A model generated the notes under the pieces. That model was not told the DNA's origin, searched no databases, and was given only the letters and a program-made list of their open reading frames with translations. Made by a program: the position numbers and the translations under genes. From a virus (Duplodnaviria; Heunggongvirae; Uroviricota; Caudoviricetes), in IMG/VR virus record IMGVR_UViG_3300029288_000055, positions 1-64,000 of that record: DNA of 64,000 nucleotides. One strand, given 5' to 3'. How positions within the stretch are numbered: the first letter of the stretch is position 1; each line of letters opens with the position of its first letter. This document shows positions 17,928 to 27,538 of the stretch, in pieces.

Positions 17928-18035
17928 AACTAATTGAACTAAGAGTATTTGTCATAATATTTTGTTTTATATAAATATCAAAAAAATAAAGTAAATTATA
18001 ACAATTTACTTTACTTATAATAATACGAAAAAAAA

Positions 18036-18866
18036 TTAAATTTGTCTTAATTCATTCATGAGCTGAACGACAATATTTGTTTGTGTTGCTGATTGTAAAG
18101 ATACAAATTCAATCGCTTCTGCGGATTTCTCATTAGCAATAATAGTCCAATATTGTTTGGATACTTCACTATGTGTTTCAAGATCAACTTTCTTTTTAAG
18201 TCCGAGAAAATCAGCAATCAGCATTAATGGTGAATATTCAAACCCATTAAATTTCCAAACATTAACTGTATCAATTATGCCAGATTCCCAAGGCTTAATA
18301 TTGAGTGCCCTTTTTAGAAGATAAGGTAATTGTTTATTAGTTTGAAATTTTTCTCTATTAACAATAAATCTTTTAATTAAAAGCGGAAGATCATAAGAAA
18401 TTATGTTATGACCACATAATATTGAAAAAATTTGTGGCGATGATTTTGCATCATCACTTGAAATTTCATCTAATAAAGACATGAATTGCTCAATCACCAT
18501 GACTTCATCTTCATTTGCAATTGCTTTTAAATGTCTTTTAACCACACCATTTTCACTATAAAGTGTTGCATATGATATGGCAACAATTCTAACAAACTCA
18601 GGATGCATAACTGCATTTTCTTCATAAACATGATTTTGAATCAATTGTATTGCTTCTGGTACATTAGTAATAATTGTGTTAACTTTATGAACTTCATTAA
18701 TTTCACAATTATATTTAACTTTGGATAAATATTTCCATCGTTCAAACATTTGTAAATTTTTTATTTTAAGATCATCAAGTGTTGGATAAATCAGAACTGC
18801 CTTGATATTAAAAAAGAGCATTTGATATACGCTCGATTTATTAAAAACATCATCAAATAGTGCCAT
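18036..18866 (-). CDS. PolB-type 3'-5' exonuclease-like protein, probably inactive
   Basis: LCGHNIISYDLP and IDTVNVWKF present; ExoI DxE reads FFNIKA; ExoIII absent. Confidence 0.7.
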   Translation of the reverse strand: MALFDDVFNKSSVYQMLFFNIKAVLIYPTLDDLKIKNLQMFERWKYLSKVKYNCEINEVHKVNTIITNVPEAIQLIQNHVYEENAVMHPEFVRIVAISYATLYSENGVVKRHLKAIANEDEVMVIEQFMSLLDEISSDDAKSSPQIFSILCGHNIISYDLPLLIKRFIVNREKFQTNKQLPYLLKRALNIKPWESGIIDTVNVWKFNGFEYSPLMLIADFLGLKKKVDLETHSEVSKQYWTIIANEKSAEAIEFVSLQSATQTNIVVQLMNELRQI

Positions 18867-18898
18867 AGAATATTTTTTATTTAAAGATTAATATTTCA

Positions 18899-18930
18899 CA
18901 AATATATAGCAAACATATGTAACTTACAAG
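18899..18930 (-). promoter_or_regulatory. Bacteroidota housekeeping-type promoter
   Basis: CTTG-N20-TATATTTG. Confidence 0.65.
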
Positions 18931-18932
18931 AA

Positions 18933-19283
18933 TTATAAATTAAATATAAAATGAAAAAATTTACTAATAAAAGATTGTTTTTGTATTTTGAGTTCATTAT
19001 ATATGTCCAGTACATCATTATAGCAATATCCTTTTAATTCATCTATATCATATTTTTCATCACAATTCTTTAAAATATATGGAATCAATTTACTGCTTTT
19101 CTGTACTTCATTTCTTTTTTTTCTTTCAATTTCTTTAAGCAAATTTTCACCAATTTCATTAATTTCTTTTGCTGTTAAATTTCTTTTTCTTTTGGTGTCA
19201 TCTTCCAAATATTCAGAGAATGCTTTATAATTTTTATCATCATCATCTGAATCAATTGATAATATGTTCTTATCAATAGTCAT
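18933..19283 (-). CDS. hypothetical protein
   Basis: ORF track. Confidence 0.65.
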   Translation of the reverse strand: MTIDKNILSIDSDDDDKNYKAFSEYLEDDTKRKRNLTAKEINEIGENLLKEIERKKRNEVQKSSKLIPYILKNCDEKYDIDELKGYCYNDVLDIYNELKIQKQSFISKFFHFIFNL

Positions 19284-19289
19284 AAAATT

Positions 19290-19847
19290 TTATGCACTAT
19301 GTGATACATCTATTTTTATTGCGGATTGAACTTGCGTTTCTGTTGCACCACTTGTATTTGTAGTAGTGCTATTTACAATTTTTTCGACTTCCATTTCAGC
19401 CTTGGTTCTTCTGTGTCTTTTTTCTTTTTCACTATCAGGATGAATACTTTTTTCAAAGCTATCATTAAGATTTTTAAAAGAATTTTCTTTTAATTTGTCG
19501 AGTTCTTCATAATAGATTTTAACTTCCTTTTCCAAATTATCTCTCATTGCAGTCATTCTTTCAGTGAATTCTTTTTCTTTATCTGCAATTTTTTTATTAG
19601 TTTCCATTATAACACCAACAAAAGCAACAAGATCATCAATTACAATATCAATATTCTTTGGACTGATCTTAATTAACTTACCTGTTTCATTTTCATTAAG
19701 AACTTCACATTTAATTTCTTTATTTTCATTAAAAACCCATCCTTTAGGAATACCAAGTTCCATTTCATACCATCCCTCAACAGTGTTTCGGGTAATTGAA
19801 ATTAAATATCCAGTAATTGGTTCTAACAGTGCTTCAATTGTTTTCAT
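19290..19847 (-). CDS. hypothetical coiled-coil protein
   Basis: ORF track. Confidence 0.7.
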   Translation of the reverse strand: MKTIEALLEPITGYLISITRNTVEGWYEMELGIPKGWVFNENKEIKCEVLNENETGKLIKISPKNIDIVIDDLVAFVGVIMETNKKIADKEKEFTERMTAMRDNLEKEVKIYYEELDKLKENSFKNLNDSFEKSIHPDSEKEKRHRRTKAEMEVEKIVNSTTTNTSGATETQVQSAIKIDVSHSA

Positions 19848-19854
19848 TGTAGTA

Positions 19855-20052
19855 TTAAATTATATATGAAAAAAATATTGCTAATGATATCCAAAGCATT
19901 ATTTTTTCTGTATTACTTAAAACGAAAGTAAGTTCATTTTGTTTTAACGCAAATCTTCCATACATTTTTATAATTAAATTTCCAAGAGTATAAATCATAA
20001 AAATGATGGAAGAAATAAATAAGAACTGATATATTTCAGTTAATACTGTCAT
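19855..20052 (-). CDS. small 2-TM membrane protein
   Basis: Start MTVLTEIY at 20052; the upstream extension in the track is the shadow of the AQPA repeat. Confidence 0.6.
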   Translation of the reverse strand: MTVLTEIYQFLFISSIIFMIYTLGNLIIKMYGRFALKQNELTFVLSNTEKIMLWISLAIFFSYII

Positions 20053-20056
20053 ATCG

Positions 20057-20350
20057 TTATTCTGCAAAAGTTTGTCCCGGATGTGGTTGTGTCGCTGGCT
20101 GTGCTGCTGGCTGTGCTGCTGGCTGTGCAGTTTGTACAGGTGCTGGCTGTGCTGGTGCATCTGGAAAATATTGATTTGCCAACCCAATTTGTCCGTTCAA
20201 AACTGCAAGTCTTTCAAGTTTGAAAGCCATTTCAATAATTTTTTGTTCGTAATTCATGTTTGGGTCTGCTGCAAGACGACCTAATTCTAATTCTGCATAA
20301 TATTTGTCAGTTCCTAATTTATTTAAAAGGTCTTGTTTAACATTTGCCAT
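20057..20350 (-). CDS. hypothetical protein with C-terminal (AQPA)n tail
   Basis: 12-bp GCTGGCTGTGCT-type repeats at ~20080-20160. Confidence 0.7.
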   Translation of the reverse strand: MANVKQDLLNKLGTDKYYAELELGRLAADPNMNYEQKIIEMAFKLERLAVLNGQIGLANQYFPDAPAQPAPVQTAQPAAQPAAQPATQPHPGQTFAE

Positions 20351-20426
20351 AATTTTTCTTTAATTTAAATAATATTATTTTTGTGCTCGTAAAAATAGCG
20401 ATTATAAATACGATATGCAAGAGTTT

Positions 20427-20864
20427 TTATACAATCTCTAATATATTTTTTTCCAGATTGATAGATTTATCGTATATATTGTATATTTCAACAAGAATAT
20501 TTAAAATATTTTTGTTTTTTTGTGTATTAATTTCAAATATACCCTTCCAAAATCTTTCATAATATTCTAATGAAGTATTTTGGTTTATATTATTTTTATC
20601 AATTTTATAGAATTGATGATAATAATAATCATAATAATAATCTTTTAATTCACTATTCTTAGTAAAATCAATTTTTTCTAATAAAAATTCATCACAAACT
20701 TTTTTAAAACACCATGAGTAATGATTATAAATGTCTTCATCCTTACTCAAACTTTCTTTATCAAGATAATAATAATGAATGTAATATAAAAGATTTAATG
20801 CGAAATCTCTATATATTTCCACCCTATCTTTAATTATTAGAAATTTTTGACTGCTATTACTCAT
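20427..20864 (-). CDS. hypothetical protein
   Basis: ORF track. Confidence 0.65.
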   Translation of the reverse strand: MSNSSQKFLIIKDRVEIYRDFALNLLYYIHYYYLDKESLSKDEDIYNHYSWCFKKVCDEFLLEKIDFTKNSELKDYYYDYYYHQFYKIDKNNINQNTSLEYYERFWKGIFEINTQKNKNILNILVEIYNIYDKSINLEKNILEIV

Positions 20865-20865
20865 A

Positions 20866-21618
20866 TTATGCTAACGATTTTAACATTTGTATTAAATTAG
20901 GAGCAGGATGGCAATCCGACTTATCTTCTCTAAAGCTAACGTGTGTCCATACACCTGTTTGACCACTTAATGCCTTATTTGATAATGCCCACATGTCTTG
21001 ATTATATGTTAATGGTATGTTATACTTTTTATTCCAGAATACCAGAAGTTTTCTGACTGCTTCTATCTGGGCATCAGTATATTTTTCAAAACCATAAAAT
21101 CCTTTAAAACCTGCTGGATATAATTCAACATTTTGAATTGGTTTAACTGTAATATTTGGTATATTTTTTTTAAGATTAGCATCCCAAGTTGCGGGATACC
21201 ATTTGCCACCAACTTCTATCAAAGCACCCCAAGCATCAATTTCAATTCCAATCGAACCCATGTTTAAAACACCATTATTTGCTGCGTGAGTACCTAAATG
21301 ATGTGCCCAATAAAGTGTTGAAAAACATTGATATATCTTACCATCCCAACCAACAATAATTGCTGTGCCAACTCTATCAGCAGTTTGCCTCCACCAAGAA
21401 ATATCTCCATCTACACCTTGTCCACTGACTGTGTGATGTAATACTATTTGTTTTTTAGTTGTTTGCTGTTTGAAGTATTGATCTTCAGGAAAATCAACCT
21501 GTATTATTGTATTGAGGTCTAATTCTGCGTATGCTACCGCTTCACTATCCATTTGATAGCTTGCATATGCTTTACTATCGTTGAATAAGCCTAATGAATA
21601 TCTATTTAAACTAAACAT
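20866..21618 (-). CDS. N-acetylmuramoyl-L-alanine amidase (Amidase_2), probable endolysin
   Basis: IVLHHT, WAHHLG, SIGIEI, YTDAQ, WTH..KSDCHP. Confidence 0.88.
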   Translation of the reverse strand: MFSLNRYSLGLFNDSKAYASYQMDSEAVAYAELDLNTIIQVDFPEDQYFKQQTTKKQIVLHHTVSGQGVDGDISWWRQTADRVGTAIIVGWDGKIYQCFSTLYWAHHLGTHAANNGVLNMGSIGIEIDAWGALIEVGGKWYPATWDANLKKNIPNITVKPIQNVELYPAGFKGFYGFEKYTDAQIEAVRKLLVFWNKKYNIPLTYNQDMWALSNKALSGQTGVWTHVSFREDKSDCHPAPNLIQMLKSLA

Positions 21619-21631
21619 ATTATATATTTTC

Positions 21632-21640
21632 TATAAATAC
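21632..21640 (-). promoter_or_regulatory. putative late promoter GTATTTATA
   Basis: 14 nt from ATG 21618; recurrent motif (see findings). Confidence 0.65.
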
Positions 21641-21662
21641 TTTATAAAATACTATAAAATAA

Positions 21663-21694
21663 TTGTGGGGTACTAATTACTTAATACCCCACAA
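21663..21694. terminator. intrinsic terminator-like hairpin
   Basis: TTGTGGGGTA..TACCCCACAA. Confidence 0.65.
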
Positions 21695-21719
21695 AACTAA
21701 TAAATATATTTTAAATTAG

Positions 21720-22088
21720 CTAATAATATTTGCTAACTAAAGCATCATATTCGTCACTATTTATCCCAAGTTCTTTTTTAATTTTGTTTATCCTAATGTT
21801 ATTTAAAATAACTGCACTAAATAAATATAAAACAAGTGTAACTAAAATAACTGAATATGGAATAAGTGCTGCTTTAATTAAAGCTGTTGATACATTAAAT
21901 ATTGTGCCTAATAAGCCAAAAGTAAATAAAGTCCCTAAAATATATGCAATTGTATTTTTTAGCATTATATCTTTTTTCTCAGTATTCTTTGAAAAATATT
22001 TAAACGCAATTTTAATCCAACCACTTGGTAAATGTTTGTTATATGTTGCGTCAAATTGTTCTTTGGTTATTTTATCTATATTTGCCAT
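21720..22088 (-). CDS. 2-TM membrane protein (holin candidate)
   Basis: Two hydrophobic helices; adjacent to the amidase. Confidence 0.45.
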   Translation of the reverse strand: MANIDKITKEQFDATYNKHLPSGWIKIAFKYFSKNTEKKDIMLKNTIAYILGTLFTFGLLGTIFNVSTALIKAALIPYSVILVTLVLYLFSAVILNNIRINKIKKELGINSDEYDALVSKYY

Positions 22089-24721
22089 TAAAATCCCCTA
22101 TTTTTCTTAACATTACTTGTATCCGTAAATGAATTTGGTTTATAACCAGTTAAATGTTTCATTTTTTCGAATTGTTCATTTATTACTGGTTTTTGACTCT
22201 TTTGTTCATTTTCATTCAATTTCTGGACAGGTGTTTTAAATATGAACACTTCCATACCATTTGTATAGAATTTATTTTCTGACAAAATAGTATTAACATT
22301 TTCATTTACTATAACTCTATTGTTATACTTATTACCAAGTCCATCAAAATTTAATTCAAATAAATTCTCACCATCTTCTGCATGAACAAGTTGTTGTGCT
22401 TCATTTAATTTAAAATTGATAAGTTTTTTCTTACCAAGAAAACCGAAATACTTACCAGTTATAACATGTTCTTTAAGACCTTCTCTTTCATTCCAGCCAG
22501 TTTGTTCTTTATCAAACTGTACTTTTTTGGCTGTTGTATCTTCAACTGGTTGTGGGTCTTTGTTGTACATAGGTGCTTTACCTCTAAACTCAAGATTTGT
22601 TTGTCTTTGCTTATAATTAGTTTCGCCCATATCTGCTTTCATACGATCTTCAAATTTCTGATCTGGTTTGTTGTCATAAACATAATCTTTTAAACTAAGA
22701 CGATATTTATTAACTTCGTCCTGTTCTTCAGTTGTTAAATTACGTTTTGGAATTTCATCACCTTTATCATTAGTAGAATTACCAACATTTTTAAGTGCTT
22801 CGCCACTTTTTGCATCAGTAGCTTTAATTTCAGTATCTTCAATTTCAGTACCTAATTTTTGTGGGTCTTTACCAACTTCTGTCTGTTGATCTTTCCATTG
22901 TAATTCTTTTTCAACATCAATAATTTCTTTTGTACCACTATGTTGCAAATCTTTTTTAAAGTTTGCCTGATTTTCATCACCAAGACGATCTTTCAAGATT
23001 AATGATGAGGGTTTTTTATCTTCGCTCATATTTACTAATTTTTTATGGTGAATTGAATATGCTTTCAATTCGTTATCTAATTCTTCTAATAATTTTATAT
23101 CGCTTTCATTCATTGCACCGCCACCAATGTTCTGCAATCCTGTTGGAACATTACCAGCAGAACTAATTTGACTTGTAGGTGTCATTTTATTTGACATTGA
23201 ATTCGGATTGTCAACAATTATTGAACCTTCGGTTTCATCAACTTTTTCAGGTAATCCCTTATGCTTTGTTGAAGCAAAGTCTTCAGCATCTTTTTCTTTC
23301 ATTGTGTTAGCAGCTTTTGCTACTTTACCACCAACTTCACTCTTAGGTAATTCACCTTTTTGTACTGCATGAACCATACCCATGAATTTTTGTTGTGATT
23401 TTGATACTGATTTTTCTTGTATTTGTTTACTTTCTTCCATTGTTTGTAAATTTACTTTGTCTGGGTCGCCAGTGTTTATTGTGTCTATTTCAATAGATGC
23501 ATCTTGATCATTCCAGTTTTTTACTGTGTCGTTTGTAAAAGCAGTTGTTTTATTAATAATTTTATCATCAACTTCTTTTCTGCCTTCCATTTTTACTTTA
23601 TCCCATAATCCAACAGGTACTTGGGGTGCTGCAGGTTCAGAACTAATAATACTTTTTCCTGCTTCTCCATTATTATCCTGACCATTAAGAAATACGTCTG
23701 CTTCTTCGTTTAACGCATTAAAATATTTTTCAAAACTATTGGGTTCAATAAGATAATTGCTTTCTTGAATGATAGTACCACCTTTAATTGCTGGTTGTGT
23801 TTTTACTTTGGCTTTACCTTTAGTTTTCATAAGATCACCTGAACCCCATACAGCAGGACCGACATATGCACCTGATGAAGCTGAACCAGTTGTTTCATCA
23901 ATCTTTTCTTCTTCAGCTAATTCTCTTTTTACTATACCCAAAGGTGCACTAAAAGCACCTGAACTACCTGCTCCAGTTGTTTCTGCAATACCATTAATAA
24001 CCTCAAGGTTATAACCAAGACTTTCAAGTTCTGTTTTTAACGGAGCATATTCTTCTGGAGTAGCTGGACGACTTTCTTTTGCATAATTAGGATGTGCTGA
24101 CGAGTGCTGACCAACATGTGAGTATGCTGTTTTAAATTCTCCATGATGTGATTCATCTGGAAAATAAGCAAACAAATCAGGATTTTGTGGGTCTCTTTCA
24201 TTAACTAAGAATTCTACTCTTGTTAATGGTTCATCATTCTCAGCAACCACTGGTTTTAAGCCAGATGCTGCAAGTTTCTGTGGCTTTTTAATATCGATTT
24301 TGTGTTGCATAGTCTCTTCTCCTGCCTTTTTTAATTGATTAATACCGCTTGCATCTCTACGTTTTTTTTCTTTGGGAATTGCTTGCTTGTATTTCTGTAA
24401 ATACTTTGGACTATTAAGAACATAATCATTAAATAACATATTCTGAATAGTTTCATTATAATGATATCCATATTTTTCTTCACCATTTTCAGCCATTTCA
24501 TCATATTTTGCAGATAATTTAGGGTCTGAAAATACCAATGCTTCCATCTTAGCCAAACTAAAAATTTTTTTCTTTAATGACTGTTCTGCTTCACTCAATA
24601 AACCATCAGTTTCATTTAATTTAACTCCAAATTGATTACCAATTTTTTTAGAGTCTTTTTGAAACTTAGCACCCAATGGCGTTGGTTTACTCAGTGTTGG
24701 TTTAAATGTTTCTTCGTTCAT
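22088..24721 (-). CDS. large acidic head/core-associated protein with many [LIVM]-x-E sites and a DUF3008-like module
   Basis: EKSVSKSQQKFMGMV..DFASTKHKGLPEKV; repeats ETTGAGSSGAF/ETTGSASSGAY; start MNEETF 24721 (TAATG). Confidence 0.6.
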   Translation of the reverse strand: MNEETFKPTLSKPTPLGAKFQKDSKKIGNQFGVKLNETDGLLSEAEQSLKKKIFSLAKMEALVFSDPKLSAKYDEMAENGEEKYGYHYNETIQNMLFNDYVLNSPKYLQKYKQAIPKEKKRRDASGINQLKKAGEETMQHKIDIKKPQKLAASGLKPVVAENDEPLTRVEFLVNERDPQNPDLFAYFPDESHHGEFKTAYSHVGQHSSAHPNYAKESRPATPEEYAPLKTELESLGYNLEVINGIAETTGAGSSGAFSAPLGIVKRELAEEEKIDETTGSASSGAYVGPAVWGSGDLMKTKGKAKVKTQPAIKGGTIIQESNYLIEPNSFEKYFNALNEEADVFLNGQDNNGEAGKSIISSEPAAPQVPVGLWDKVKMEGRKEVDDKIINKTTAFTNDTVKNWNDQDASIEIDTINTGDPDKVNLQTMEESKQIQEKSVSKSQQKFMGMVHAVQKGELPKSEVGGKVAKAANTMKEKDAEDFASTKHKGLPEKVDETEGSIIVDNPNSMSNKMTPTSQISSAGNVPTGLQNIGGGAMNESDIKLLEELDNELKAYSIHHKKLVNMSEDKKPSSLILKDRLGDENQANFKKDLQHSGTKEIIDVEKELQWKDQQTEVGKDPQKLGTEIEDTEIKATDAKSGEALKNVGNSTNDKGDEIPKRNLTTEEQDEVNKYRLSLKDYVYDNKPDQKFEDRMKADMGETNYKQRQTNLEFRGKAPMYNKDPQPVEDTTAKKVQFDKEQTGWNEREGLKEHVITGKYFGFLGKKKLINFKLNEAQQLVHAEDGENLFELNFDGLGNKYNNRVIVNENVNTILSENKFYTNGMEVFIFKTPVQKLNENEQKSQKPVINEQFEKMKHLTGYKPNSFTDTSNVKKNRGF

Positions 24722-24927
24722 TATTTTATATCGGTTTTCCAAAAATCTTTTTTCTGCCATAACACTTTAACAACTGCTTCCATTGCATTCTTAATAGTAT
24801 TAACCATTTCTTCTCTTGTACGGCTATTTGAACTGCGAAGCACTCTTTTCATTTCTTTATCAAATGAATCATTAACAAATTTCTTAATTTCATCGTTAAC
24901 AATCTTTTCAACTTCTGTTTTCTCCAT
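24721..24927 (-). CDS. hypothetical protein
   Basis: ORF track; GTATTTATA upstream at 24947-24955. Confidence 0.7.
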   Translation of the reverse strand: MEKTEVEKIVNDEIKKFVNDSFDKEMKRVLRSSNSRTREEMVNTIKNAMEAVVKVLWQKKDFWKTDIK

Positions 24928-24974
24928 GTTACGTTTATTCGTTGTTTATAAATACTTAGCAGGTACAAAAAGAA

Positions 24975-25003
24975 AGAACGCATACTATATTTAATATGCG
25001 TTC
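24975..25003 (-). terminator. intrinsic terminator-like hairpin
   Basis: GAACGCATA..TATGCGTTC with T-rich tail on the minus strand. Confidence 0.55.
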
Positions 25004-25040
25004 CTTAGTGATATGAACTGTCCCCCTCTTGCGGAGTATA

Positions 25041-25865
25041 TTATTTCACGAAATAATGATAAGCAGCAGCACCACCAAGTCCACCTATTCCAATATATAG
25101 TACTGTTTTACCATTTTTAACAAAAAAATTACCTATTTTTTGCCAACCAGTTGGATTTAATTTTAATTTATCAAGTGGTGGTATAGCATAACTTTCAAGA
25201 CCAGTAACCTTAATATATTTATTTGAATTGCTTATACTAAATGAAATAGGATAACCTTTTTTCTTATCATTTTTCCAATGAAATTCCGCAAATTGTTTGT
25301 TTGGAATCTCAATAGATTTAAATAAGAAATATGGTTTAATTGTTAAAAATGCAGGTAAAACATTATTTACATCAATATCATATACAAATGAAGTATCTTT
25401 TGATGCTAAATTATTAATGTTAACCAGTTTTTTTGTGGTATCAACAGTTACCACATTACCATTCTGTTTATCTTTTGCTAATAATGAATCAATTTTTACA
25501 TCAGTTTTAATAAGTGCTGCAGCAATAACTTCATTTTTATTACCCAATTCTTTTATTCTTTGTACTAATTCTTTTTGATTTTCTGTAAGCTGTCCATACA
25601 TTTTTTCGAGATTCTTTACAGTTTCTTGTATAGTAAGTTTTTCAGCAACGGCTTCATCACGTTTATTCTTATAATATTTTGCACTATCAAGTAAAGCATC
25701 TTTTAGTTTTACTTCAGTAGTATATTTATCATTAAGATCAGCGATTTTATTATTCTTTAAACGAATAATACCATATTGACCCAAAATAATTAAGATAACC
25801 AATACTATTAACCATCTGTTTTTCTGTTTCAGAAAATCCCAGATTTTTTTTAATATAATATTCAT
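25041..25865 (-). CDS. membrane-anchored coiled-coil protein (spanin-like candidate)
   Basis: N-terminal TM, coiled coil, hydrophobic Gly-rich C-terminus. Confidence 0.5.
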   Translation of the reverse strand: MNIILKKIWDFLKQKNRWLIVLVILIILGQYGIIRLKNNKIADLNDKYTTEVKLKDALLDSAKYYKNKRDEAVAEKLTIQETVKNLEKMYGQLTENQKELVQRIKELGNKNEVIAAALIKTDVKIDSLLAKDKQNGNVVTVDTTKKLVNINNLASKDTSFVYDIDVNNVLPAFLTIKPYFLFKSIEIPNKQFAEFHWKNDKKKGYPISFSISNSNKYIKVTGLESYAIPPLDKLKLNPTGWQKIGNFFVKNGKTVLYIGIGGLGGAAAYHYFVK

Positions 25866-25906
25866 ATTATAATTTTTTATATAAATAGTTAGATATTAGA
25901 AAATGA

Positions 25907-25933
25907 AAATGCCTGATTGTTCGTCAGGCATTT
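25907..25933 (-). terminator. intrinsic terminator
   Basis: AAATGCCTGA..TCAGGCATTT. Confidence 0.7.
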
Positions 25934-25937
25934 AAAA

Positions 25938-26453
25938 TTATTGCTGTTCAGCAGATTTTTGAATTACACTATCAATCCAATATTCATAAAATTTATCATA
26001 ATATGATTCAACTCTTTTAATAATTTCATCATTTTTCGGGTCATCTTCATTATATCCTTCAAGATAATTAAATTCAACACCACTTGTGTTTTCATCAGGA
26101 GTTACCTTATAAACAAATTGAATCAATCCATTAATTGTACCACCCCAAAAAACATATTTATCTGTTACTTCCAATTCAATAAAATCTACATTAATATCAT
26201 AGCCAGTAGGAAAAGTATCTTTAAACTTTTGTTCTTCATTTGCCTGATCTTGATCAGTCTTTTTGTTTACTGGCTTACTTTGATCAACATCAGTTTCTAT
26301 TCCAATGTCTTCATTTAATTTACGAGTGATTTTTAACATATCATGCACTGTTAAGTCTTTCTTTGGCGCAATATCTTCATTTACAATGTATTTTTCACCA
26401 CGCATTCTACGTAGTAAAGTTTTCATATCAATTGATGCGGTTTTATTGTTCAT
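25938..26453 (-). CDS. hypothetical late protein (VNED/LNED motifs)
   Basis: ORF track; GTATTTATA at 26467-26475. Confidence 0.7.
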   Translation of the reverse strand: MNNKTASIDMKTLLRRMRGEKYIVNEDIAPKKDLTVHDMLKITRKLNEDIGIETDVDQSKPVNKKTDQDQANEEQKFKDTFPTGYDINVDFIELEVTDKYVFWGGTINGLIQFVYKVTPDENTSGVEFNYLEGYNEDDPKNDEIIKRVESYYDKFYEYWIDSVIQKSAEQQ

Positions 26454-26476
26454 ATTTTCTATTTTATATAAATACT

Positions 26477-27091
26477 CTATGTGAGTTCATTGTGTAGCAT
26501 TTCATTAAATTTTGGTATATCAAATAACGGATTGATATCGCTGCTGTCTTCAATATAATTACTCCTAAAAAGAATGCCTTTATATCTTACAACATCTTTA
26601 TTATAATGATGAAAATCAATACAATTATTTGGTATTCCATGTTCTACACATAATAATTTACATAATAAAACAACATTTTCTATTTGTTTATCTGTAAATT
26701 TTTCCCAAAAAGAGTATCCAAGCCAAGTTTTTTCAACAACATTTTCAATATTACAAATTTCATTTAACCAATTAATATGATTACCATTAGGTGCTTGAAA
26801 TAATGCACCCATATTTTCAACCACAATTGATATTAATTTTTTGTCTGCTTCTTTAATACCAAGAAAATCACTATGAAATTTACTATCAAAATGCTGAAAC
26901 ACAGTACCATCTCTGGCAATAGTAAATGTATTCCATTTTTTTGTATTGCCATGTTCTTTATGCTGTAATCTGGTAATATAATAATCATTTTTTCTTAAAC
27001 TTGTTGCAAGAACAATCTGTGTCTTTACACTTTGAGATTTATGATGATTAATATCTTTAACTTTATATGTTTCACTATCTATCTTTAGCAT
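26477..27091 (-). CDS. Amidase_2-like protein lacking Zn ligands
   Basis: Aligns by eye with 20866..21618, but IVLATS replaces IVLHHT and LFRSN..SDINP replaces WTH..SDCHP. Confidence 0.75.
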   Translation of the reverse strand: MLKIDSETYKVKDINHHKSQSVKTQIVLATSLRKNDYYITRLQHKEHGNTKKWNTFTIARDGTVFQHFDSKFHSDFLGIKEADKKLISIVVENMGALFQAPNGNHINWLNEICNIENVVEKTWLGYSFWEKFTDKQIENVVLLCKLLCVEHGIPNNCIDFHHYNKDVVRYKGILFRSNYIEDSSDINPLFDIPKFNEMLHNELT

Positions 27092-27094
27092 AAA

Positions 27095-27535
27095 TTAATT
27101 TATAAATTCAATAATAATGTTTGCTTCATTAAATATTTGATATGATATTTTCCAATTTTCGCCCCATCTTTCATCATTTAGGTCTGGCTTATTCTCACAA
27201 ACCAATCTAACAATTCCAGCATTAACAATTAAACCAGCACAATTAGAGCATGGAAAAAGTGTTACATACATTGTGCATCCTTCAGTTTTTTGACCGTTTT
27301 TTGCTGCTTGAACTAATCCATTTGCTTCAGAATGAACTGTGTATAAATACTTTAGAGGGCGTTCATGTCTTTCTGAAATTTCATCGTTTGTTTTTGTTGG
27401 AAAACCATTAAAACCCATAGATATTGGATTTTTATCATACACTATGCAACAACCTACTTTGGTAGTATCTTTTGACCAAGATGCTACTTCTTTTGCAAGT
27501 GACATAAATCTTAAGTCCCATTTATTTATTGTCAT
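27095..27535 (-). CDS. dCMP deaminase
   Basis: SKD..KVG, GFNG, VHSEAN, PCSNC. Confidence 0.92.
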   Translation of the reverse strand: MTINKWDLRFMSLAKEVASWSKDTTKVGCCIVYDKNPISMGFNGFPTKTNDEISERHERPLKYLYTVHSEANGLVQAAKNGQKTEGCTMYVTLFPCSNCAGLIVNAGIVRLVCENKPDLNDERWGENWKISYQIFNEANIIIEFIN

Positions 27536-27538
27536 ATT

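Noticed and set aside
20053-20284. His/Gln-rich extension of 19855..20187 and Cys/Trp-rich ORF 20072..20284
   Set aside because: Alternate-frame readings of the AQPA-coding repeat.
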